Part shown: in pieces, positions 1 through 7,991 of the stretch
How the letters are laid out: the number at the start of each line of letters is the position of its first letter
How positions within the stretch are numbered: the first letter of the stretch is position 1
Source of the DNA: Thermoplasmatota archaeon
GTDB taxonomy: Archaea > Thermoplasmatota > Penumbrarchaeia > Penumbrarchaeales > Penumbrarchaeaceae
Reading direction: 5' to 3'
Assembly (NCBI GenBank): GCA_049472235.1
Contig: JBLIRI010000002.1
Coordinates: 1-44,015, forward strand
DNA length: 44,015 bases
Position numbers and translations under genes: made by a program
Notes under the pieces: generated by a model
What the model was told of the DNA's origin: nothing
The model's input: the letters and a program-made list of their open reading frames with translations, nothing else
Database searches by the model: none

Positions 1-1328
1 AGGAGCTCCCCTGTCTTCTCATCGAGAAGCCCTTTGTCCCCCCTTGTCTCCACGTTCAATCTGATCAGGGGCTCCGTGTTCGAGGACCTGAGATTGAACC
101 TGAACATATCGTACTCTATCGAGACCCCGTCGGTATGGTCGATATTGGTCGCTTCCGGCGAGTACCGCTCCTCGATGGTCGAGATCACGGCCCTCTGGTC
201 TTCGACCCTTCTGTTGATCTCCCCGCTTACGGGATACCTTCTCATCCTCTCTCCGATCAACTCCGAGAGGTTCTTTCCCGTCTCCAACATGTGCTCGAGG
301 ACTATCAGCCACGGGATCATGCCGGTGTCGCAGTAATGGAAATCCCTGAAATAGTGATGAGCGGACATCTCTCCGCCGTAGACAGCATCCTCTTTCCTCA
401 TCCGGTCCTTGATGAAGGCATGCCCTGTCTTGTTCATGACAGGCACTCCCCCCATCTCGTTGACGATCTCTATGGTGTTCCAGGTCAATCTCGGATCGTG
501 TATGATCCGCCCGCCTTTCTCCCTCTCGAGCATCTTCCGGGCAAGCAGGCCGACGATGTAATACCCCTCGGTGAACCCGCCTTTCTCGTCGAAAAGAAAA
601 CACCTGTCGTAATCGCCGTCCCAGGCCACCCCCAATCCGGCATCCGTACTGGCGACCCTTTCCGAGATCGGCCCCCTCATCTCTGGCAGTATGGGGTTCG
701 GAACCCCTGCCGGAAAGGTCCCGTCAGGCTGGTGGTGCAGCCTGTCAAGGACCAATCCCGTTTCTTCTGCAACCAGGTCGAGGGCGGGACCGGCGCAGCC
801 GTGTCCAGGGTCGGTCACGACCTTGAAACCTTCAAGCGACCCGCGATCCTTCAGAAACGAGAGCACCTTCTCGATGTAGGCTTCCCATATGTCGACCTCT
901 CTAACCGCCCCCTTGGAACCGTTCTTCTTCAGTCCTCCCTTCTCCACCATGTCCTTGATGGTATGGAGCCCGTTGTCCTGCGAAATCGGGACCGATCCCC
1001 TCTTCACGAGCTTCATCCCGTTGTAGCCCTTTGGATTGTGGGATGCTGTTATCATGATCCCGCCGTCGGCTTCCAGATGCGGGGTGGCAAAATAGACCAC
1101 TTCCGTCCCGCATAGACCGATATCCAGTACGTCCGCCCCTCCGTCGGAGAGACCCTCTGCAAGCACCCCGGAAAGCATGACCGAGGACGGTCTGATATCC
1201 CTTCCCAGAACCACCTTCCTGGTCCCGAAAAGCTCACAGTAAGCGAGACCGATGTCGTAGACCATCTCCTCGGTGATCTCCTCCCCCACCTTTCCCCTTA
1301 TATCGTATGCCAGGAACGGAGACCCCAT
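1..1328 (-). CDS. phosphomannomutase/phosphoglucomutase (alpha-D-phosphohexomutase family); the 3' end runs off the left edge
   Basis: Own translation of the minus strand from ATG (complement 1326-1328) gives MGSPFLAYDIRGKVGEE... It contains the active-site loop ITASHNPKGYNG and the C-terminal motif RSSNTEPLIRLNVE. The frame stays open to position 1, so it is absent from the ORF track. The + ORF 135..1115 is its antisense shadow. Confidence 0.85.
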   Translation of the reverse strand, partial: MGSPFLAYDIRGKVGEEITEEMVYDIGLAYCELFGTRKVVLGRDIRPSSVMLSGVLAEGLSDGGADVLDIGLCGTEVVYFATPHLEADGGIMITASHNPKGYNGMKLVKRGSVPISQDNGLHTIKDMVEKGGLKKNGSKGAVREVDIWEAYIEKVLSFLKDRGSLEGFKVVTDPGHGCAGPALDLVAEETGLVLDRLHHQPDGTFPAGVPNPILPEMRGPISERVASTDAGLGVAWDGDYDRCFLFDEKGGFTEGYYIVGLLARKMLEREKGGRIIHDPRLTWNTIEIVNEMGGVPVMNKTGHAFIKDRMRKEDAVYGGEMSAHHYFRDFHYCDTGMIPWLIVLEHMLETGKNLSELIGERMRRYPVSGEINRRVEDQRAVISTIEERYSPEATNIDHTDGVSIEYDMFRFNLRSSNTEPLIRLNVETRGDKGLLDEKTGEL

Positions 1329-1344
1329 CTCAGACCACCTTCGC

Positions 1345-2292
1345 TCAGGCCCCCTGGGGCTTTACGACCGCTACCCGTGAGAGGATGTCCTCGGTGACCT
1401 TCGCGGAGGATATCCCTTCGAGCTCGCTGTCCAACGACAATGTCAGCCTGTGAGGGATCATCTTCCTCACCACCTTCTTGACGTCATCCGGGATCACGTA
1501 GTTCCTGCCCGAAAGGACCGCTGCAGCCTTGGAAGCATACAGGATCTGCTCACCCGCCCTTGGACTGGCTCCCAGTACGATCTGCTCATCCATTCTTGTC
1601 TCCCTCACCAGGTCCCTGATGTATGTCAGTATTGTCGCATCCGCCCGGCAGGCATAGGTCTCTTTCACCAATGAGTTGTAGATATCCTCGTTAAGGGGTC
1701 TGTGGTTCTGCTTCCTCCATTCCATGTTCTTCATCTGAAGGAGCTTCAGCTCCTTTTCCATCGGGAGATAGTCCATTATCCCCTTGATCATGAACCGATC
1801 CAGCTGGGCTTCTGGAAGGGTGTAGACGCCCTCATGTTCGACCGGGTTGATGGTCGCCATCACCAGGAATGGCTCCTGGAGCTTGAAAGTGGTCCCCTCG
1901 ACCGTGACCTGCTTCTCCTCCATGGCTTCCAGAAGGGCGGATTGTGTTTTGGTCGGGGCCCTGTTGATCTCGTCCGCAAGGATGACGTTCGCAAATATCG
2001 GTCCCTTCCTGAACTGGAACTCCTGCTCCTTCTGGTTGTAGAAGTAATGTCCGGTGATATCGGCCGGTAGCAGGTCCTGGGTGAACTGGATCCTCTTGAA
2101 GGAGAGCCCCACCACGTCCGAGAGGGTCTTGGCGAGGGTTGTCTTCGAGATCCCCGGCACCCCTTCCAGAAGAATGTGCCCCCCTGCAGAGAGACAGATC
2201 AGGAAGTCCTCTATGATGTCCTCGTAGCCAATGATGACCTTGGCAGTCTCATCCCTTACCTTGGTGTATAGCAACTGCGAAGCCGTGCTCAT
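1345..2292 (-). CDS. MoxR-family AAA+ ATPase
   Basis: 315 aa. Walker A GVPGISKT, Walker B ILADEINRA, and the typical MoxR length and C-terminal helical lid. ATGA overlap with the upstream gene. Confidence 0.85.
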   Translation of the reverse strand: MSTASQLLYTKVRDETAKVIIGYEDIIEDFLICLSAGGHILLEGVPGISKTTLAKTLSDVVGLSFKRIQFTQDLLPADITGHYFYNQKEQEFQFRKGPIFANVILADEINRAPTKTQSALLEAMEEKQVTVEGTTFKLQEPFLVMATINPVEHEGVYTLPEAQLDRFMIKGIMDYLPMEKELKLLQMKNMEWRKQNHRPLNEDIYNSLVKETYACRADATILTYIRDLVRETRMDEQIVLGASPRAGEQILYASKAAAVLSGRNYVIPDDVKKVVRKMIPHRLTLSLDSELEGISSAKVTEDILSRVAVVKPQGA

Positions 2293-3491
2293 GAAGCTCC
2301 CTCGATATCCTTTACCAGTCTTTCCAGCACCCTTCGGTCCCAGTCCGGATGCCTCTCCATGACCGCCTCCAACGGGTGCCTCCGCTCACCTGACACAATC
2401 TCCTTCTCCGATAGAAGCCTGTCGATGAGCCTGCGAAGCGACACAAGGACCTTCCGGGGGTATGATGTGTTTAGTATCATGAAAATAGCGGAGATGACGA
2501 CCAGGACCCCGACCTTCTGATAAGGTTCCATGGCAGCCACGAACGAGTTGGTGAACTGGACAGGGTTCGTGAGGTCCCTGTGGGATTCGTCCACGATGAT
2601 GCTGTCCCTTTCCTTTGAGATGAAATCGATCAGGTTGCGGACGAAGATCCCGTTGTCCATCTCGCCGCGCATCTGGTTGATCAGAAGGCTGGGCTCGGAG
2701 AGGACCATTAAGGTCCCGCGCCCGTATTTTTCGATCGTGAGGACCGGGAACGGCCCCTGCGGCTCCCCCGTGTTCCATACCTCATTGCCGTCCATGCTCA
2801 GCCAGGAGGTCCTGGACGAGTTGAACACGGATACGGCCCTGTCGGAGGGTACGACCGTTGACGGCAGGTTCATCAGGAGCATGGAGAGGTTCCTCGTTAT
2901 CTCGTGGCCCGAGAACTCCGTCGTCACCGAGAACTTGCTGCTCTTCATGAATGACAGGTCGAGAAGGGTCCTCCCCGAGATCCGGGTCGTCGTGTTTAAA
3001 AACGAGAGCAGCTCGTTCCCCGTACCGACATCATCCGCGAGGAGGATCAGACCTCCATCCATCAGAAAACCATCTGCGAACTCTCCCTCTTCCCTCGAGA
3101 ACGACCCGTCGGGGCCGATCATCAGCAGTGCCGACCTGGACGGTCTGAGGTCCCCCTCAAGCTCGGAAAAGGAGTTGTGGACGACCCTCTCGCTGGAGGA
3201 GGCCGACAGATCAATGGTAGGTATGAAGGACCCGGTCGAGTAGGTGTCCTTCCCTATCTCCGAGCATCCGTTCCAGCCGGTGTTGTAGATGGAGAAATCC
3301 GCGTCGGAGGAGAGGACGGGCACCATTACCGAGAACATCAGGAGGACCAGACCTGCACCCATTACCAGTAGGTACCTGTATGCGGTCCTGACCTGCTCTA
3401 TCATTCCGGCACCAGACCCACCAGCGTTCATTCCTTCATTGCCGAAGGGAAGCTGGCTTTCCTTGTAACGTGTGAGATTATAGCCCGACAT
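2289..3491 (-). CDS. membrane protein, DUF4350-like (MoxR-associated)
   Basis: 400 aa. N-terminal TM (LLVMGAGLVLLMFSVMVPVL), a large extracytoplasmic domain, a second TM (VGVLVVISAIFMIL) and a short helical tail. Translationally coupled to MoxR. The family assignment is from memory of haloarchaeal MoxR loci. Confidence 0.5.
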   Translation of the reverse strand: MSGYNLTRYKESQLPFGNEGMNAGGSGAGMIEQVRTAYRYLLVMGAGLVLLMFSVMVPVLSSDADFSIYNTGWNGCSEIGKDTYSTGSFIPTIDLSASSSERVVHNSFSELEGDLRPSRSALLMIGPDGSFSREEGEFADGFLMDGGLILLADDVGTGNELLSFLNTTTRISGRTLLDLSFMKSSKFSVTTEFSGHEITRNLSMLLMNLPSTVVPSDRAVSVFNSSRTSWLSMDGNEVWNTGEPQGPFPVLTIEKYGRGTLMVLSEPSLLINQMRGEMDNGIFVRNLIDFISKERDSIIVDESHRDLTNPVQFTNSFVAAMEPYQKVGVLVVISAIFMILNTSYPRKVLVSLRRLIDRLLSEKEIVSGERRHPLEAVMERHPDWDRRVLERLVKDIEGAS

Positions 3492-3536
3492 AAAGGTTTC
3501 GACACGTTTATCTACAGCAAGGGCATAGTTGGGCCG

Positions 3537-4328
3537 ATGGACAAGAGAGAGGTCCTGCTGAGGGTTGGAGGCGCCGTCCTTGCCTTTTCAGGACTCGCCC
3601 TGGTCCTGGTATCCGGAAAGATCGTTGCTTTCGCGGGCATCGGCCTTTCCGACAGGGCTGCGGATTTCGTATTGAGGGCAGGGTTCGGAACCTTCCTGAT
3701 AGGCATCCTCATGCTCTTTCTCTTCTCCTTCAGGACCGTTCCCAAGGAGCTGGTGGATCCCCTGCTGTCCGGTCAGAACAGGAACCTTGGGAGGGTCCTC
3801 GGTTCCCTGGAGCTCAAGGGTAACGGTATATACATCCCGGCCGGGGGAAGGCTGAAGGATGAAAGGGTCTACATTCCTGCGGAGGAGCGCCCCCTTCCGC
3901 TTCCGAAACTGGTTTCCGAGCAGGTCCTGATAGTCGGGACCACGGGGTCGTCCATGGGGGTTTCCATGCTCCCGCCGGGGACGGGATTGGTCGATCGTAT
4001 AGAGCAGGATTCGGGAAAGAGGTTCACCGAGGAGAACCTGGCGGACCTGAACGAGGCTCTTGAACGCCTGTCGAAGGGGACCGGTCTTATCGGATCGATC
4101 TCCGCCAGGACCAAAGGGGATGATATCTCCATAGAGATAAAACATTCAAGGTTCAAAGACATCTGCGAAGAAGCTTGGAATGAGGATGAAAGGATGCATT
4201 CGATGATAGGATGTCCCGGATGCTCGGCCGTGCTTTGCGCTGCGGCCAGGACCTCGAGGTCGCCTTTGCGGATCGCATCGGTTGAGCACAAGGACGGCAA
4301 AGTGGCCTACCGCCTGGAGAGGTGGTGA
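3537..4328 (+). CDS. hypothetical membrane protein (2 N-terminal TM segments plus a soluble domain with a CPGC motif)
   Basis: 263 aa ORF with an ATG start. Coding-like composition. TATA-like GTTTATCT lies about 28 nt upstream. No family recognised. Confidence 0.55.
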   Translation: MDKREVLLRVGGAVLAFSGLALVLVSGKIVAFAGIGLSDRAADFVLRAGFGTFLIGILMLFLFSFRTVPKELVDPLLSGQNRNLGRVLGSLELKGNGIYIPAGGRLKDERVYIPAEERPLPLPKLVSEQVLIVGTTGSSMGVSMLPPGTGLVDRIEQDSGKRFTEENLADLNEALERLSKGTGLIGSISARTKGDDISIEIKHSRFKDICEEAWNEDERMHSMIGCPGCSAVLCAAARTSRSPLRIASVEHKDGKVAYRLERW

Positions 4329-4330
4329 GC

Positions 4331-4576
4331 ATGCGTCCGGAATCCAGGCTTGTCCTTGCGCTTGCGGTATGGACCTCGATATGTCTCATCTTCGTTGAGT
4401 CCCTGGAGGTCTTCTTCGTCCTTATCCTCCTGGGCATACTCGTTCTGAGAGAGCTGACGGATGCCTACACCTCAAAGCCCCTCAAGGACCGGGTGAACTT
4501 CTTCATTTACACCTTCCTTTTCATCTTCACCTTTATCGTCATCAGGAAGGTGTATTTCATACTCCAGGGTGCCTGA
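4331..4576 (+). CDS. small hypothetical membrane protein (2-3 TM)
   Basis: ATG at 4331, directly after the TGA of the upstream gene. The track ORF starts at GTG 4322. Strongly hydrophobic. Confidence 0.45.
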   Translation: MRPESRLVLALAVWTSICLIFVESLEVFFVLILLGILVLRELTDAYTSKPLKDRVNFFIYTFLFIFTFIVIRKVYFILQGA

Positions 4577-4744
4577 GACCCCTGTATCCGGAAATATCAC
4601 AGAATTATCACACGATTGTTGACCAGTGATTGTGTCACGGTGATAATGGAATGGAAAGGTTTTTTATACATCCTGCGAATAGGCCGACGTCCGAGAGTAT
4701 CATTTATCTAGATACAAGGACGTCCTCGCAAAGGAGAAGTTGCA

Positions 4745-6700
4745 ATGGATGGGAAACTAAGGGAGAAGCTGATCGTCGGGATCGCCGCGGTCCTGTTCTT
4801 CGCCGCCTTCGGAGCGGTTGCATATCTTGACAGGCCCCACGGCACGGTAGGTCACGATTTCGGTCAGGACGATTTCACGGTTGTCATGGAGAGGAACCAG
4901 GGGCACCTTGCCCTTCCCGAGTTCCCCTCGGACCTTCTGATCTTCGGGGCGGGCCAGGAGGCTAGCCTCGATTTCACGGTCACCAACAACGACCAGGATA
5001 ACGATATCGACACAGTTTACATAACCATCCCAGGCGGAGAGGTTTTGAACGCCACAACCGAGTGGTTCGATCCCCTTTTCACACATGAATGGGACTTTTC
5101 AAAGACAAGCGAGGATGTTGCGAAGGTCTATGCAAGGGATGACCTGCCCGGCAGGGTATTCGGAGGCTCTGCTCAGTACGACGTTGCGGGCAATATCGAT
5201 GATGCCCTGGACCATAACGAGAACCTTGGTATCAGCGAAGGGATCACGATAACGCTTGATTTCAACGCCCCGACGACCCCGGGTGTGAAGATGGATGAAG
5301 AGGCCATCAACCTTGAGGTGACGGACGAGCAGAACGAGACCGTCGGTCCTGCCCAAAAATATTCCGTCCTTCCATTCCCATACCCGTATCTGGTCATCGA
5401 TGCGGATTTCGAATTCTACCTTTTCGAACTGACAGGCGCGAATGCCGAGCTTGATATCGAATACGGAGGTTCGATGCTCTTCGGTTCGGGAACAAGGGCT
5501 TCCAACTTCAAAACCTCGGATCACGGTTTCAGGTATCTCTCCTCGGGCGGGTCGACCGTCGCGGTCATAGAGGCACCCGATAATACCACGATCGTGAACC
5601 CCGTCATCAAAGCAAAGACCGATGGCGGGGGACAGTACACCATTGACATGATCAGATATGTCACTAGCACCATCGATCCCGGGCAACCAAGTAACAGCTG
5701 GGTTACCACAAGGAGTTCACAGATAGGTTATTCCGGACAACTGCCTCCAACAGCCGGCGACATAGTGGATCTTGATATCGACGGTGACGGGCTCTTCACC
5801 GATAACGATGGCGACATCGACGGCGACGGAATTCCCAACGACCAGGATACCGACCCTTACGATTCAGGGGTCACGAACCACCATCCTGTGATCCATGATA
5901 TCTCACCCTCGGCTACAAGGATCCCAAAGAACAAGGACCTTGAACTCACAGTGACAGCTTCCGATGCAGATAGCGACACTCTTGCCTATTCCTGGTCTGT
6001 CACCCCGAACACAGGATGGACAGGGAGCACCCCTTCCGTGATCGTCGACCTGAGCGATTTCGAACCCGGCACCTATGTCTTTACCGTTGTCGTTACCGAT
6101 GGTGAAGGCGGCACGGACCAGTCGCAGATCACCATCGAGGTGACCGAGAGCGAGGGGGTCGACGGACCGCCGGTATGGATGATCATTCTGATAATCGTCG
6201 TGATACTCGCGATCGTGGGCGCTGTGGTGTTCTATGTCATGCGCGGTGGTGAAGGAGAGGAGGAGATCCCCGAGGAACTTGCCCCGCAGCCCCCCGAGGA
6301 ATTCGTCGAGGGGCCCGTGGAAGCACCAATGATGCTTGAGGAGGCCCCGTCCATTGCCGAGGAGTACGAGGAGGACCTGGAGGACGAGTTCGATGAGGAT
6401 TTAATGGACGAACTCGAGGAGGGGCCGGTGACCGCGGTATCGAGGGACGCCCTTGGACTCCCTGATGAGTCCGAGATGCAGGAGGTCCAGGACCTCGAGC
6501 TTCTCATAGACGAGATGGAGAGGACCGAGGAGGAGATCGGCGACGTCTGCCCCGAGTGCAGCGCTCCGCTCGGACCCTACGATTCGAGGTGCGGCAACTG
6601 CGGAGCGGAGTTCGAGCTCGCGCTCGAATGTCCGAACTGCGGTGCTGTGATCGAAGAGGACGCCGCGTCCTGCCCGAGCTGCAATGTGAGCTTCCAGTAG
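4745..6700 (+). CDS. large surface protein: signal-anchor, beta-sandwich region, TSP3-type Ca-binding Asp repeats, PKD-like domain, TM, acidic cytoplasmic tail with a double zinc ribbon
   Basis: 651 aa with AGGAG 9 nt upstream of the ATG. Motifs: DLDIDGDGLFTDNDGDIDGDGIPNDQDTDPYD; PKD-like DADSDTLAYSWSV...GTYVFTVVVTDGEGG; TM VWMIILIIVVILAIVGAVVFYV; C-terminal CPEC..CGNC..CPNC..CPSC. Ends in TAG followed by a hairpin. Confidence 0.8.
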   Translation: MDGKLREKLIVGIAAVLFFAAFGAVAYLDRPHGTVGHDFGQDDFTVVMERNQGHLALPEFPSDLLIFGAGQEASLDFTVTNNDQDNDIDTVYITIPGGEVLNATTEWFDPLFTHEWDFSKTSEDVAKVYARDDLPGRVFGGSAQYDVAGNIDDALDHNENLGISEGITITLDFNAPTTPGVKMDEEAINLEVTDEQNETVGPAQKYSVLPFPYPYLVIDADFEFYLFELTGANAELDIEYGGSMLFGSGTRASNFKTSDHGFRYLSSGGSTVAVIEAPDNTTIVNPVIKAKTDGGGQYTIDMIRYVTSTIDPGQPSNSWVTTRSSQIGYSGQLPPTAGDIVDLDIDGDGLFTDNDGDIDGDGIPNDQDTDPYDSGVTNHHPVIHDISPSATRIPKNKDLELTVTASDADSDTLAYSWSVTPNTGWTGSTPSVIVDLSDFEPGTYVFTVVVTDGEGGTDQSQITIEVTESEGVDGPPVWMIILIIVVILAIVGAVVFYVMRGGEGEEEIPEELAPQPPEEFVEGPVEAPMMLEEAPSIAEEYEEDLEDEFDEDLMDELEEGPVTAVSRDALGLPDESEMQEVQDLELLIDEMERTEEEIGDVCPECSAPLGPYDSRCGNCGAEFELALECPNCGAVIEEDAASCPSCNVSFQ

Positions 6701-6719
6701 ACAGAAAAATGGGAAAGTA

Positions 6720-6750
6720 GAAGGAGGCCTTACGGCCTCCTTTTCTTTAT
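6720..6750. terminator. shared hairpin plus T-tract between convergent genes
   Basis: AAGGAGGCC-TTAC-GGCCTCCTT (9 bp stem, 6721-6742) followed by TTTCTTTATTT. It lies between the stop at 6700 (+) and the stop at 6752 (-). Confidence 0.5.
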
Positions 6751-6751
6751 T

Positions 6752-7897
6752 TCATTTTATCTTCTTCAATCTGTATGTCCTGTATCCGGTCAGGACCTTG
6801 TGGCTGCCTGCACTGCGGATCTCCATGTCCAGTGAGTGGTCGCCCGTATCCACCCTGAGGGCATCGGTCATGTCAAGCTTCTGGGGGACGGAGACGATGA
6901 TGATGTTGCGGATCCCGATCCTCCTGATTATCTCCGGGCTGACCTGCAGGTTCCCCCTCCCCAGGAAGAAACCCTGCCCTCCGATGGGAGAGACAACAAG
7001 ATAGACCGCCGTCCCCTTTGGCAGGTCATCGAGGATGGAGAACAGCTTCTTCTCGCTGCAGTCCCTTCCTATCTGATCGGCGCCCCTCACGACATCGACC
7101 CCCAGAAGGGTCTTATCGATCCCGATCCTTTCCCCTATGGTTGAAAGTGTCCCCCCGGGCCCCAGTATGAAGACGGACCCGGGCTCCTCCTCCAGCCTTT
7201 CGGCAATGTCATCCGCGATCTCCTCGAGGAATGTGGAGACCTCCTGTTCGGCAACCATGAACTTCCCGGTCTGGATGAAGGCTGGCTCGTAAAGGGTGGT
7301 GGCGATCCCGTACAATCTGATGTTCCAATCGCCCTCCCTGTACCTCTCCTCGTCGAGGTCCATGACCTCGCCCTCTCCGGTCGTCATCTCTCCCCGGATG
7401 AAGAACTCCAGGAGTTCTCCGGCGGTAAGGGGGTCGATCGCGAACACGCCGGAATGCATCTTCACTCCCGAGGGGATGCCGAAGATGGGGCTCCCGTCGG
7501 CCGCTTCGAAGACATCCCTTGCCGTCCCGTCCCCCCCGCAGAAGACTATCAGCTCGGCCCCCTCCTCCACCGCCCTTCGTGCAAATTCCTTCGTATCCTC
7601 CGCCGTCGTCCGCTCACCCGGGGTGTGGACCCTCTTGACGCTCCAGAGGTCCACATCGAGCGAGACGAGTTCCGCCTCACCCATGTCTCCCCCGGCGGTA
7701 AGCCACAATATCTCCTCCTTGAGGCGGTGGCGAACGAAGGCTTCCCTGAGCCTTGACAGGGCTTCCAGGGCCCTCTCGGGTGCCCTGGGTTCCGCCCCCA
7801 TCGATATCGCTTCGTCAACGACCCCGTCGGTTCCTTTGAGTCCGACCCTGCCCCCCATCCCGGCTATGGGATTGACAACGAAACCGAGCTTTTTCAT
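6752..7897 (-). CDS. ATP-NAD kinase family protein (COG3199-type)
   Basis: 381 aa. N-terminal LGFVVNPIAGMGGRVGLKGTDG and the GGDGT motif (FCGGDGTARD), typical of the archaeal NAD-kinase-like family. Confidence 0.7.
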   Translation of the reverse strand: MKKLGFVVNPIAGMGGRVGLKGTDGVVDEAISMGAEPRAPERALEALSRLREAFVRHRLKEEILWLTAGGDMGEAELVSLDVDLWSVKRVHTPGERTTAEDTKEFARRAVEEGAELIVFCGGDGTARDVFEAADGSPIFGIPSGVKMHSGVFAIDPLTAGELLEFFIRGEMTTGEGEVMDLDEERYREGDWNIRLYGIATTLYEPAFIQTGKFMVAEQEVSTFLEEIADDIAERLEEEPGSVFILGPGGTLSTIGERIGIDKTLLGVDVVRGADQIGRDCSEKKLFSILDDLPKGTAVYLVVSPIGGQGFFLGRGNLQVSPEIIRRIGIRNIIIVSVPQKLDMTDALRVDTGDHSLDMEIRSAGSHKVLTGYRTYRLKKIK

Positions 7898-7991
7898 CGG
7901 TCCCTCCGAAAAGCGGAACGCTCCTTAAACCCATCGATGCCTAGACCCTCCGCCCAAAAGCGTTAATATCATCTGCATCGATTTCATCTGC

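Noticed and set aside
135-1115. 326-aa + strand ORF, with several shorter ORFs, across the first 1.3 kb
   Set aside because: It is the antisense shadow of the minus-strand phosphohexomutase gene. That gene has clear family motifs (TASHNP, RSSNTEPLIRLNVE). The + strand product is Pro/Arg/His-rich with no motif.
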